Part shown: in pieces, positions 1 to 9,056 of the stretch
Numbering within the stretch: the first letter of the stretch is position 1
Layout: each line of letters begins with the position of its first letter
NCBI GenBank assembly: GCA_021791545.1
Contig: JAJYWL010000001.1
Span: forward strand, 5,856 to 69,855
Length of the DNA stretch: 64,000 nucleotides
Direction of reading: 5' to 3'
Origin: a bacterium
Lineage (GTDB): Bacteria; Patescibacteriota; Microgenomatia; Levybacterales; UBA12049
Made by a program: the position numbers and the translations under genes
Notes under the pieces: generated by a model
Seen by the model: the letters and a program-made list of their open reading frames with translations, nothing else
What the model was told of the DNA's origin: nothing
Database searches by the model: none

Positions 1-221
1 ATGCCTCCGGGTACACCCCACTGTTTAACGTCATTTATAATTTCCTGTCCTTCATTTTGAATATTTGTTATTTGATCTTGGATAGAGACAGTTGGCGCTT
101 TTGTGGGTTGTGGAGTTGCCTCTACTTTTTGAGCAGCGCATCCTCCTATTCCTAGAGCAGCTGCTCCCAGGGCTCCTGCGATAGCAGCTCTTCTAAGTGG
201 GTTTTCGATTCTTTCAGCCAT
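1..221 (-). CDS. Putative lipoprotein, partial (runs off the window start)
   Basis: Hand translation MAERIENPLRRAAIAGALGAAALGIGGCAAQKVEATPQPTK...: RR, a hydrophobic stretch and a lipobox-like IGG-C. Confidence 0.65.
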   Translation of the reverse strand, partial: MAERIENPLRRAAIAGALGAAALGIGGCAAQKVEATPQPTKAPTVSIQDQITNIQNEGQEIINDVKQWGVPGG

Positions 222-332
222 CCGATAATTTTATAAATTTGAAAATAAATAATCAATTACTAAAATGTTCTCTTTCTAATATTGCTTCAATTTCTTGAGA
301 TTTTGATGATCAGGTGGTATAAGTTTTAGATT

Positions 333-914
333 ATGGGAGAAAGAGAGAGACGTCCTAGACACAATGGGTTACCAGAGCTTCCTAATGGAATGACTGTAGA
401 TGATCTGAGGTTTGTAAATCCCCATATTTATCCTATTGATATGGCCTCAAAAGGATGGCAGGTTCTTTTGGAGAGAGACGTAGACGGAAATCCCGCAAAA
501 GTAGCCTATTCATTAGAAAGGGGTGTTCCCGAGGATATAGATGTAGAAGCATTGCAAAGGAAAATTGGAATATTAGATGAAGACGGTTTCTACCTACCCG
601 GGTATTACTTGGGTGTTGCACATTCTAAAGACGCGGAAAAATTTTTAGCAAGAAAAGTAGGTCTTCCTTCAATGGATGTTACAGACAGTGAGGGAAACTC
701 TCAAATGTGGAATTTTCCGGAAACATCATTTCTTCTTTTTAACTTTAGAGGCTTCCCTACGACAAAGACAATGGACGTTTTATTGAAATTAGAAGAAGAA
801 TTTTTGGCTGATGGACCAAAGCCCCCAAGAGGTTTTAGACTTGTTGCTGAAGTAGAAATAGGACCTAGGGGAACAATTTTTGAAAGAATAAAAAGAAAAA
901 TTACCGGAAGATAA
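333..914 (+). CDS. Hypothetical protein
   Basis: 193-aa ORF with a -10-like element just upstream; no family recognised. Confidence 0.7.
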   Translation: MGERERRPRHNGLPELPNGMTVDDLRFVNPHIYPIDMASKGWQVLLERDVDGNPAKVAYSLERGVPEDIDVEALQRKIGILDEDGFYLPGYYLGVAHSKDAEKFLARKVGLPSMDVTDSEGNSQMWNFPETSFLLFNFRGFPTTKTMDVLLKLEEEFLADGPKPPRGFRLVAEVEIGPRGTIFERIKRKITGR

Positions 915-1298
915 TCAGTTGGAGATGTTTTTATTTCTTGGGGCTTCAATAGCTATCTCCCCGATTACTTTGGCTTCTCTGTTTGCTCTTTCGCTTATTT
1001 TAAGCCATGCGCCAGAAATTAGGAATGCGCCTGCTCCTATTGCAACTTCTCTTAGATCTCCTCTTTCTGCCCCTTCTATTATTAGTCTAAGTGCCCCTAC
1101 TCCAGATCCGGCAGCAAGTAAACCGGAAACAGCAGTCTTTCCTTTCTCTATAGCTTTACTTCCCAATAGAGTTTCATAATTCCACCATTCTTCCTGATGG
1201 TATTTTTGAAGCCACTCGTAACGGTCATTTCTGATTTCCATTCTTCTTGCTTCTTTAAAATGATCTTTTGTTCTTCTAAATGCTTCTTTTGGGTTCAT
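915..1298 (-). CDS. Hypothetical membrane protein
   Basis: 127 aa, two Gly/Ala-rich hydrophobic segments, TATAAT close to the ATG. Confidence 0.7.
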   Translation of the reverse strand: MNPKEAFRRTKDHFKEARRMEIRNDRYEWLQKYHQEEWWNYETLLGSKAIEKGKTAVSGLLAAGSGVGALRLIIEGAERGDLREVAIGAGAFLISGAWLKISERANREAKVIGEIAIEAPRNKNISN

Positions 1299-1325
1299 AG
1301 AGGTGAGATTATATCACGCTTGAGC

Positions 1326-1580
1326 TTATTTCTTTACTAATTCAAGTACTGCCTTGCAGGTGTCTGTAAGATTACTAAGAATGGGAACATCAGGACAATC
1401 TTGTCCAAATCTTCTTCTTATATATCTTTCTCCCGAAAATCCTCTTTCAATTCCAATTGCCATTTTGACTCTGTCTCTTTCATGTCTTACTTTCCATTCT
1501 CCAAGTTCAATTCTACTTGTCTGTGCATATGCTCTTCCCGGAATTTTATTAGATTCTTTATTCCGGTTTTGTGCATTCAC
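1326..1580 (-). CDS. Hypothetical ORF or detached 3' fragment of the upstream gene
   Basis: GTG-start 84-aa ORF overlapping the end of 1558..2262. Confidence 0.3.
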   Translation of the reverse strand: MNAQNRNKESNKIPGRAYAQTSRIELGEWKVRHERDRVKMAIGIERGFSGERYIRRRFGQDCPDVPILSNLTDTCKAVLELVKK

Positions 1581-2262
1581 CTGTTGTTATGAATTCGTTT
1601 ACTTTTAAAGAAAAAAGTCTCATTTTTGTCATGTAATCTTCGGGAAGAATAGTAGATATGCTTGGTTCACTTGTTAAGATGGACGTGCTTTCATCAAGCA
1701 TATCTGAAGCTGTTAATAGTGGTTTTAGTTGTTCGATAGGAAGTTTTTTGTCGACATTCTCATTAATTGCATTTTTTGCCAAAGCAAGAAGGTCCAGGGG
1801 TGCATTGTTAAGTTCCGTAGTTCCGGAAAATACTCTTCTAGACATGTTTATAGATAGCGGAAGAGTGTTTATGATTAAGGTTTCTGCTCCGTTTTCAAGA
1901 AGTATTGCTCTTCTTATTCTTATGTCTCTTTCTTCATCTTCACCATTAAGCAAGCCATCTCTTATTTGGGGCGCTCTTAATGGATCCTGAGATTTATACC
2001 ATGTTAAAACTTCTTCATTGGTAGCAGTTCCGTGGATTATTCTATCTTCAAGTAAAGCTGTTCTTGCTCTTGCAGCATCTATTTTATCTATATCATCCAA
2101 TTCACGGACATCAGCTTGGGATAACTCGCCGAGAACTTCTCCACTAAGAAGATTTACTTCTTTCTCTGTAGCACCCATTGCCCTTAATGCAGATTCTTCA
2201 ATAGGATCAGAGGGGAGCCATAAGGGTTCCCCGTTTATTCCTATAGGTCTTTCTTGAGTCAT
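1558..2262 (-). CDS. Hypothetical protein, paralog of the N-terminal half of 48338..49678
   Basis: Start moved to ATG 2262 (TTGACA-N17-TATAAT-N6-ATG); shares the WYxSQDPL motif with the 446-aa ORF. Confidence 0.75.
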   Translation of the reverse strand: MTQERPIGINGEPLWLPSDPIEESALRAMGATEKEVNLLSGEVLGELSQADVRELDDIDKIDAARARTALLEDRIIHGTATNEEVLTWYKSQDPLRAPQIRDGLLNGEDEERDIRIRRAILLENGAETLIINTLPLSINMSRRVFSGTTELNNAPLDLLALAKNAINENVDKKLPIEQLKPLLTASDMLDESTSILTSEPSISTILPEDYMTKMRLFSLKVNEFITTGECTKPE

Positions 2263-2366
2263 GGAATAATTATAAGTTAAATACCACTGCATGTCAAACT
2301 ATAGGTTATAAAATATATATCCTATATTCTCATCAAATTTTTACATTTTAGCTTTAGAATTTTTCA

Positions 2367-2918
2367 ATGGAACAAGAACATAGTACAGGAAGTTTGTTTC
2401 CAATAAGTGAAGATACTGTTAATAGAGTCGTCTCTCAACTAGAAGAAAATTCCGGGAGGGTAATGCAAGAAGAAGCAGAGGTTATAGCCAAGAGAGAAGA
2501 AGAACTTTTTATGGTTATGCAAAACGGAATGAAAGGTCTGCCTGCAATGTATGGTTCTGCTTTTCTTGAAGGATCACTTGTCATGCATAGGATGATAAGG
2601 ATGCAAGTTTTACAATCAAGAACAGAAATTCCCCGTTTAAGTACAGGAGAAAGAAGAGACTTTATTATTTCCCTTAACGACAAAGCTCAGGGAGACGAAA
2701 CTCCATCCGTAGAAGCATATATTGAAAAAGAAATGGAAAGATTAAGAGAGTTAGAACCAAGATTATGGGAAGTGCTTCATAGTTTAGGTGATGAATGGAG
2801 CGAATTAAGGACATATTTTGATGAAGGAGCAGTTACTGTATATAGGTATATTCAAGCTGCGGAAAACAAACCGGTTAAGGGATTTATGGGTATTTTCTTT
2901 CCTTCGAGGCAATCTTGA
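2367..2918 (+). CDS. Hypothetical protein
   Basis: 183-aa helical-looking ORF; stop abuts the convergent gene. Confidence 0.7.
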   Translation: MEQEHSTGSLFPISEDTVNRVVSQLEENSGRVMQEEAEVIAKREEELFMVMQNGMKGLPAMYGSAFLEGSLVMHRMIRMQVLQSRTEIPRLSTGERRDFIISLNDKAQGDETPSVEAYIEKEMERLRELEPRLWEVLHSLGDEWSELRTYFDEGAVTVYRYIQAAENKPVKGFMGIFFPSRQS

Positions 2919-3095
2919 TTATTTTCGTGGATTTGAGGGTGTCATTTCTCCCGTGGTAAGAAGGTTGAATATGACAGAATAAAAACCCCAGGGATATTGT
3001 TCAAACAGATCGTGAACTACATGTTTTTCGATCTTTGGTTTTGGCTGAGGTTCTCTTGTTCTTATTTCGGACGGTATTCTGGGAATTTCGTTCAT
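2919..3095 (-). CDS. Small hypothetical protein (58 aa)
   Basis: TATAAT just before ATG 3095; MNEIPRIPSEIRTREPQ... Confidence 0.5.
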   Translation of the reverse strand: MNEIPRIPSEIRTREPQPKPKIEKHVVHDLFEQYPWGFYSVIFNLLTTGEMTPSNPRK

Positions 3096-3241
3096 GGGGG
3101 GAATTATATTTACTGCCCTAAAACCTTGAGCCAGTCTCATTAGCTCTTCGGTTCCGCTTCTTCTCTCATAAAAAAAATTATATCACCATGTTGGATCTTT
3201 TCAACAAGTATTTGAAAGCTGTGCTATAATCGCGTTAGTTT

Positions 3242-3712
3242 ATGTCAAGAGGAGTTGAGGGCAGAGAATCCACATTAAGACTCAACGCGGCCTTCATGGA
3301 AATGGGAAGAGTGAAAGCCGAGATAGGCGCTGCTAAAACAGACTACGAAAAAGCAGAAGCACTTCGTAAGGGATTAAAAACAGGAGCAAAAATTTTAAGA
3401 GATCTTGATGGTTTTAGAGATGTACCTACACATTCAAGAGTGGTGCAGCTAAGAGATGGGAAAACTCCTCTTTTTCCTGTTTACCCGCTGGATCCAGACG
3501 CTCCTCAAAGTTTAGGCCGTTACGATCTTTCTCCGACAGGCTGGTTAGTTCATACAGATTATGTAGATGGAGTTATTGATTGGGATCATAAAAGATGGGT
3601 TTTTGGAGATAAGGAAATAGAATTAATTGCACCAACAGCCATTAGTCTTATTGGTGAATTTCTTTTGAAAAAAGAAGGTGTAGTAAAGGGGATTCCTCCC
3701 AGAGCCGCTTAA
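3242..3712 (+). CDS. Hypothetical protein
   Basis: 156-aa ORF with TGCTATAAT upstream. Confidence 0.7.
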   Translation: MSRGVEGRESTLRLNAAFMEMGRVKAEIGAAKTDYEKAEALRKGLKTGAKILRDLDGFRDVPTHSRVVQLRDGKTPLFPVYPLDPDAPQSLGRYDLSPTGWLVHTDYVDGVIDWDHKRWVFGDKEIELIAPTAISLIGEFLLKKEGVVKGIPPRAA

Positions 3713-3900
3713 GCATTCTTTCCAGCTAATAGAGGTTCGAATACTACTATTTCAGCAGCTCTTTTTCTGTTCCATGGTCTCCTTTTTTAAATATCCGCTA
3801 AAAGTCTTTTATTTAGTTCACTAGGATCTTGACGAGTTCTGTAATGAGGTAGATCTTGACCGAGTCCTCTTAATAGTTCGCTTTCTACTCCGTTTATCAT
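3709..3900 (-). pseudogene. Small orphan gene interrupted by one in-frame TAA (3787-3789)
   Basis: MINGVESELLRG...LADI*KRRPWNRKRAAEIVVFEPLLAGKNA*; the final stop shares TTAA with the convergent gene. Confidence 0.45.
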
Positions 3901-3956
3901 AAGGAGATAGGATTTAATAACAAAATGCTTGAGCTGTCAACCCGTTAAAATTACTA

Positions 3957-4232
3957 TCAACCCTCTTTTGGAGGTTCTTTGGGTAAGAGAGGATTTGTAA
4001 ATTCTACCAGTTCATCTTTAAATTGTAGTGCGAGTGTGTTTCCCCAGTAAACACAAAGTTTTGTAAGGTCGGCAAGAGTGAACATTTCTGTTTTCTGCTC
4101 TTCTGTCAAAATTGGATTAGTAAGCACTCTTTCTACTCTTCTGTCTATTAAACCAAAGAGTACTCTCTCTTGGGGTGTTAATCTTCTTCCTTCCTCTTTC
4201 TTTTTGGGTTCTCCCTCTCCTTTTGGTTCCAT
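3957..4232 (-). CDS. Hypothetical protein
   Basis: 91-aa ORF, TATAAT 6 nt before the ATG. Confidence 0.6.
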   Translation of the reverse strand: MEPKGEGEPKKKEEGRRLTPQERVLFGLIDRRVERVLTNPILTEEQKTEMFTLADLTKLCVYWGNTLALQFKDELVEFTNPLLPKEPPKEG

Positions 4233-4234
4233 AG

Positions 4235-4891
4235 TTAAATTATACTTAAAAACAAGTTTTCCAGGGCAAGTCTTAAATTAACATTGGTATTTTTTATTGA
4301 GTTGTAATATTCCTGCATAATCTCGAGATCTTTTTTTATATCTCTCGTTTTTTTATCATTCTCAACATCGTTAAGTAACATTTCGTTTAGTCCGTAAATT
4401 GAAGTTTCCAAAAATTTCAAGGCACTCCCCTTCTCTTTTGATAAATCCTGAGCTAATTTTAATCTGTCGCCTATGGGAGAAGATTTAAGTGCGATAATTT
4501 TTTCAGCACTTTTTGTATTCTCGTCATTATCGGTTTCATTTTTTTCATTGATTACGATACATCTTGAAATTATTGTAGGAAGAATATCATCGAGTACCGA
4601 AGTCCCGATCATTATTATTGTGTTCTCCGGCGGTTCTTCGAGGATTTTTAAAAGTGCATTTTGAGCTTCTATAGTCAATCCTTCAAAAGAAAAAAGGACA
4701 ACTGCTTTTTCTTCACTTTTAAAAGGTTTTAGGTAAATACTCTTTTGAATTAATCTGACATCCGGAATACCCATTTGCTTTTCAAATTCAAGTATTTGGG
4801 TGTCGAATTTATCTACTTTTCTTGTCGTTACTATGTTAAGGATTTTTTCCTTAACTTTATCTTTATTTCCTACTACCAAAAAGCTTTGCAT
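4235..4891 (-). CDS. holB: DNA polymerase III delta'-like clamp-loader subunit, short form
   Basis: EAQNALLKILEEPP and ILPTIISRC motifs; no intact Walker A. Confidence 0.75.
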   Translation of the reverse strand: MQSFLVVGNKDKVKEKILNIVTTRKVDKFDTQILEFEKQMGIPDVRLIQKSIYLKPFKSEEKAVVLFSFEGLTIEAQNALLKILEEPPENTIIMIGTSVLDDILPTIISRCIVINEKNETDNDENTKSAEKIIALKSSPIGDRLKLAQDLSKEKGSALKFLETSIYGLNEMLLNDVENDKKTRDIKKDLEIMQEYYNSIKNTNVNLRLALENLFLSII

Positions 4892-4932
4892 GGCATTGAC
4901 TTTATATCATATTTTCTCCTACTATTATAGTA

Positions 4933-6660
4933 ATGCCCGGTGATTTATCATCATTAACACCCAATCAGACAATAGCGGATATTCTTCTAGCAGATAACCT
5001 TCTTACGAAAGAAGACTATGATCAGGTCAAAGTAACAAGCGCGAGTAAGGGCGTATCCGAAGAAATCGTAATTGAATCCATGAACAAGGTTCCTCCCGCA
5101 AAGTTAGCAGAGGCTAAGGCTAAGATGCTAAACATCCCTTTCATAGATTTGAGCGGTACTTCTTTTTCTCCCCAGGCTTTGGCGTTTATCTCAAGGCCTG
5201 TTGCCGAAAGATTTTCTGTTATTCCTTTTGCTTATGACGAAACCGAAAAAACACTTTCGGTTGCGATGAGTAACCCCGTCGATTTGGAAGCCTCCACTTT
5301 TATAAAGGAAAAGACAAATCTTAATATAAAAACATTTGCAGCAGATCCGGATGCAGTAAAACTTGCAATAAACCAGCAATATAGACAGGAAATCGTAGGA
5401 GAAGTAGGAGAAGCTTTAAAGGAAACCGAAGAATTTGAGAAAACAAAAACCGTTGATAGTAAACAGATTGCCGAAATAATTAAAGAAGCTCCTATTGCAA
5501 AGATAGTTTCAACAATTCTGGAATATGCTGTTACGAGCCGTTCTTCAGACGTACATATTGAACCTCAGGAAGATAGAGTAAGAGTAAGGTACAGAATTGA
5601 CGGTATTCTATATGACAGATTAAGTCTTCCCAAAAGCGTACAGGAAGCTGTTATTTCAAGGATAAAGATTTTGTCCGAGATGAAGATTGATGAACATAGA
5701 ATCCCCCAAGACGGACGTTTTAATTTTAAGGTCGGAGAGAAAGAGGTAGATCTTAGAATTTCAGATCTTCCTACGGTATTTGGAGAAAAAATCGTTATGA
5801 GGTTGCTCAGAAAATCTGGAGGAGTTCCTTCCTTGCAGGAACTCGGACTTACGGGCTCAAGCCTTAAGAATTTGGAAACTGCAATGTTAAGGCCTCACGG
5901 AATCATCATTGTTGTAGGACCTACCGGTTCAGGAAAAACAACAACTCTTTATTCTGTTTTGAACAAGCTTAACACGACAAGAGTAAATATCATGACTCTG
6001 GAGGATCCTGTCGAGTACCAGATGGCAGGCATAAATCAGGTGCAGATAAACCCTGCAGTAGGACTTACTTTTGCGACAGGACTTAGATCCTTCCTTAGAC
6101 AAGATCCTAACATTATCTTGGTCGGAGAAATTCGTGATGGTGAAACAACAGAGCTTGCAATACAGGCTGCTTTAACAGGACATTTGGTCTTCTCTACTTT
6201 GCATACTTCAAATGCTGCGGGTGCTCTTCCTCGTCTTAAAGACTTGGGTGCAGAGTCATTCCTTTTGGCTTCTACAATGAATGCCATATTGGGACAAAGG
6301 ATCGTAAGGACAATTTGTCATACCTGTAAAATTGAATATGCTCCCCCACAGCAGATCTTGGATGAAATGCAAAAAGTTTTAGGAAACCTGTATCCCAGCG
6401 ACAAAAAAGATGTTAAGCTATATAAAGGTAAAGGTTGTGATGAATGCGGTGGTTCTGGATATATAGGAAGAATTGGTATTTTTGAAACACTTTCGGTAAC
6501 GGATAAAATCGCAAACCTTGTATTACAGAATTCCGATAGTGGTACAATAGAAAAAGAAGCCATTGCAAACGGAATGATAACGATGAAACAGGATGGTTAT
6601 CTTAAAGTTTTAGCAGGGATAACCACTGTTGAGGAGGTACTCAGAGTCGCGCAGGAATAA
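4933..6660 (+). CDS. pilB: Type IV pilus assembly ATPase PilB/GspE
   Basis: GPTGSGKTT, LEDPVEY, LRQDPNIILVGEIRD, TGHLVFSTLHT and CxxC zinc motifs. Confidence 0.95.
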   Translation: MPGDLSSLTPNQTIADILLADNLLTKEDYDQVKVTSASKGVSEEIVIESMNKVPPAKLAEAKAKMLNIPFIDLSGTSFSPQALAFISRPVAERFSVIPFAYDETEKTLSVAMSNPVDLEASTFIKEKTNLNIKTFAADPDAVKLAINQQYRQEIVGEVGEALKETEEFEKTKTVDSKQIAEIIKEAPIAKIVSTILEYAVTSRSSDVHIEPQEDRVRVRYRIDGILYDRLSLPKSVQEAVISRIKILSEMKIDEHRIPQDGRFNFKVGEKEVDLRISDLPTVFGEKIVMRLLRKSGGVPSLQELGLTGSSLKNLETAMLRPHGIIIVVGPTGSGKTTTLYSVLNKLNTTRVNIMTLEDPVEYQMAGINQVQINPAVGLTFATGLRSFLRQDPNIILVGEIRDGETTELAIQAALTGHLVFSTLHTSNAAGALPRLKDLGAESFLLASTMNAILGQRIVRTICHTCKIEYAPPQQILDEMQKVLGNLYPSDKKDVKLYKGKGCDECGGSGYIGRIGIFETLSVTDKIANLVLQNSDSGTIEKEAIANGMITMKQDGYLKVLAGITTVEEVLRVAQE

Positions 6661-6662
6661 GT

Positions 6663-7730
6663 ATGGATATTCATGAGCTTTTAGACCTGACAATTAAAAA
6701 TAACGCCTCTGACCTTCATCTGCTGCCCGGCATTCCACCGGCCATCAGAATTGATGGGTCATTGAGGTATCTTTCTACTTATCAAGCATTAACTCCCCAG
6801 AATCTCGAGGAGATGATATTTTCGATTCTTTCTCCTCAGCAAAAAGAGCTCCTTATTAATAATAAAGAAATAGACTTTTCATTCGGATTCGGAGGAGGAG
6901 CTTACGGAGATTTGGGAAGGTTTAGGACTAATCTTTATTATCAAAGAGGAGTCCTCTCGGGAGCATTCAGGTTTTTACAGCCTAACATCAGAACCATAGA
7001 AGAATTAAGAATGCCAAAGATTTGCCATTCCTTCTCTACTCTAAAACAAGGGTTCATTCTTGTTACCGGACCTACCGGACACGGAAAATCGACGACCATT
7101 GCTTCAATCATTAATGAAATAAACTTGAGTAAACCAGTTCATATCTTAACGATAGAAGATCCTATCGAATACATTTATCCAATGGGAAAAAGTATTATTT
7201 CTCAAAGAGAAATGGATTTAGATACCCATTCATGGAATCTTGCGTTAAGGTCAGCTTTAAGGGAAGATCCTGATGTAGTACTCGTAGGAGAAATGAGGGA
7301 TCCGGAAACTATTGCTGCAGCTATAACAATCGCAGAAACAGGACATTTGGTCTTTTCTACTTTGCATACTAACTCTGCTGCTCAGACAATCGATAGAATT
7401 ATCGATGCTTTTCCGGCAAGTCAGCAGGACCAGATAAAGATTCAGCTTGCGTCTTCATTAAAAGGAATTATTTCGCAAAGACTTATTCCTGAAATTAACG
7501 GAGGAAGAGTCCCTGCGGTAGAAGTTCTAGTCGGTACAACCGCCATTGCGAGTAACATAAGAGAAGGAAAGACTCATCTTATAGACTCTGTTATTCAGAC
7601 ATCTCAGGATGTCGGAATGATTCCCCTTGAACAATCCCTTGCTTCTCTTGTTCTTTCGGGAGCTATAAGTTTAGAAACTGCGAAAAGTTACGCCCTAAGA
7701 CAGGAGGAGCTCCTTAGATTAGTAGGATAA
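6663..7730 (+). CDS. pilT: Type IV pilus retraction ATPase
   Basis: ASDLHL, GPTGHGKST, ALREDPDVVLVGEMRD, IASNIREGK. Confidence 0.95.
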   Translation: MDIHELLDLTIKNNASDLHLLPGIPPAIRIDGSLRYLSTYQALTPQNLEEMIFSILSPQQKELLINNKEIDFSFGFGGGAYGDLGRFRTNLYYQRGVLSGAFRFLQPNIRTIEELRMPKICHSFSTLKQGFILVTGPTGHGKSTTIASIINEINLSKPVHILTIEDPIEYIYPMGKSIISQREMDLDTHSWNLALRSALREDPDVVLVGEMRDPETIAAAITIAETGHLVFSTLHTNSAAQTIDRIIDAFPASQQDQIKIQLASSLKGIISQRLIPEINGGRVPAVEVLVGTTAIASNIREGKTHLIDSVIQTSQDVGMIPLEQSLASLVLSGAISLETAKSYALRQEELLRLVG

Positions 7731-7731
7731 T

Positions 7732-8934
7732 ATGAGACTTACTTATAAAGCAGTTGATAGACAAGGAAAAGTATCAAGAGGCGTAGTAGACGCAAACGAT
7801 ATAACCGAGGCCGCTAATTATCTCCGCGATAAAAATCTTATACCTGTACAAATTACCAGAGAGCAAAAAAATATTCTTGATGAACTCCCCTTTTTTAATA
7901 AGGCAAGTACAAATGATCTTATCCTTTTTACAAGACAGCTTTCCTCAATGCTTGCTTCGGGACTTACTTTGATGAGAGCTTTGGAGATATTAAAAGATCA
8001 GCTCGAGAATCAAAGAATGATAGATGTAGTTAACGGAGTAATAAATGACGTAGAAGAGGGAAAGAATTTATCTACTGCTATAGCAAAATATCCTAACATT
8101 TTTTCCCCCATTTATGTCTCCATTATAAAGGCAGGAGAAAGTGCCGGACTTTTGGATAAAGTACTTTCAAGACTTGCGGACAACCTTGAAAAAGAAGCAA
8201 AACTTAAAAGCACGGTAAAATCTGCCCTTATGTACCCAATAATAGTAGTAGTCTTAATGGTTGTTGTTATAGGAATCATGATGATTTTTGTTATTCCCCA
8301 GCTTACTCTTTTGTATCAAAATTTGGGGGTCTCACTTCCGCTTCCTACACAGATAATTATCGCTTTATCTAATTTCACTACGACTTTCTGGCCGTTTGTA
8401 ATAGGAGGAGTATTCGGAGCTATGTTTGCATATAAGAAGTGGTCTAATACAAATGACGGAAGACTTATTGTAGATAGTATAAAACTTAAGATTCCGGTAT
8501 TTGGAAAGCTAATAAAAGAAACAATCCTTGCCGAGTTTTCAAGAACTTTCGGTCTTTTGATAGGAACAGGAAGCTTGGTAGTAGATTCACTTATGGAAAC
8601 TGCGGATACAACGGGAAATGTTCATTATAAGACTGCAATTGTAAATATTGCTCACCAGGTAGAAAAAGGAGTGACAGTCGGAGATGCAATGTCTTACTAT
8701 CCTCTCTTTCCGCAGCTTCTTGTGCAGTTGGTAAAAATCGGAGAGCAAACAGGTAAAGTAGACGAATCATTGGAAAAAGCATCCGAATATTTTGAAAGAG
8801 AAGTAGATGAGATGGTAAAGGGATTAACAACCGCCATGGAACCTTTTATTATGGTTGTCTTAGGACTCGGTGTAGCATTCCTTATAATCTCCGTTATTAC
8901 ACCTATCTATAGTTTAATATCCAGTATTCAATAG
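7732..8934 (+). CDS. pilC: Type IV pilus platform protein PilC/GspF
   Basis: FTRQLSSML, AGESAGLLD, ALMYP, GEQTGKVD, three TM segments. Confidence 0.95.
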   Translation: MRLTYKAVDRQGKVSRGVVDANDITEAANYLRDKNLIPVQITREQKNILDELPFFNKASTNDLILFTRQLSSMLASGLTLMRALEILKDQLENQRMIDVVNGVINDVEEGKNLSTAIAKYPNIFSPIYVSIIKAGESAGLLDKVLSRLADNLEKEAKLKSTVKSALMYPIIVVVLMVVVIGIMMIFVIPQLTLLYQNLGVSLPLPTQIIIALSNFTTTFWPFVIGGVFGAMFAYKKWSNTNDGRLIVDSIKLKIPVFGKLIKETILAEFSRTFGLLIGTGSLVVDSLMETADTTGNVHYKTAIVNIAHQVEKGVTVGDAMSYYPLFPQLLVQLVKIGEQTGKVDESLEKASEYFEREVDEMVKGLTTAMEPFIMVVLGLGVAFLIISVITPIYSLISSIQ

Positions 8935-9056
8935 ACCGCCTTGGTTAAAAACGACTAGGTTTATAATCCCAAGCATAAATTCGTTATTTATCCTATTTTT
9001 AGCTTCAGATTGCTACTTGACAAGGTATTTGGCGTATGGTTAATATTGATATATAC

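Noticed and set aside
433-2683. Antisense and shadow ORFs in the track (e.g. 433..621, 701..949, 919..1179, 1354..1608, 1658..1990, 2435..2683)
   Set aside because: They lie opposite better-supported genes and have the Ser/Phe/Leu-rich composition typical of antisense frames; the same applies to similar ORFs across the window
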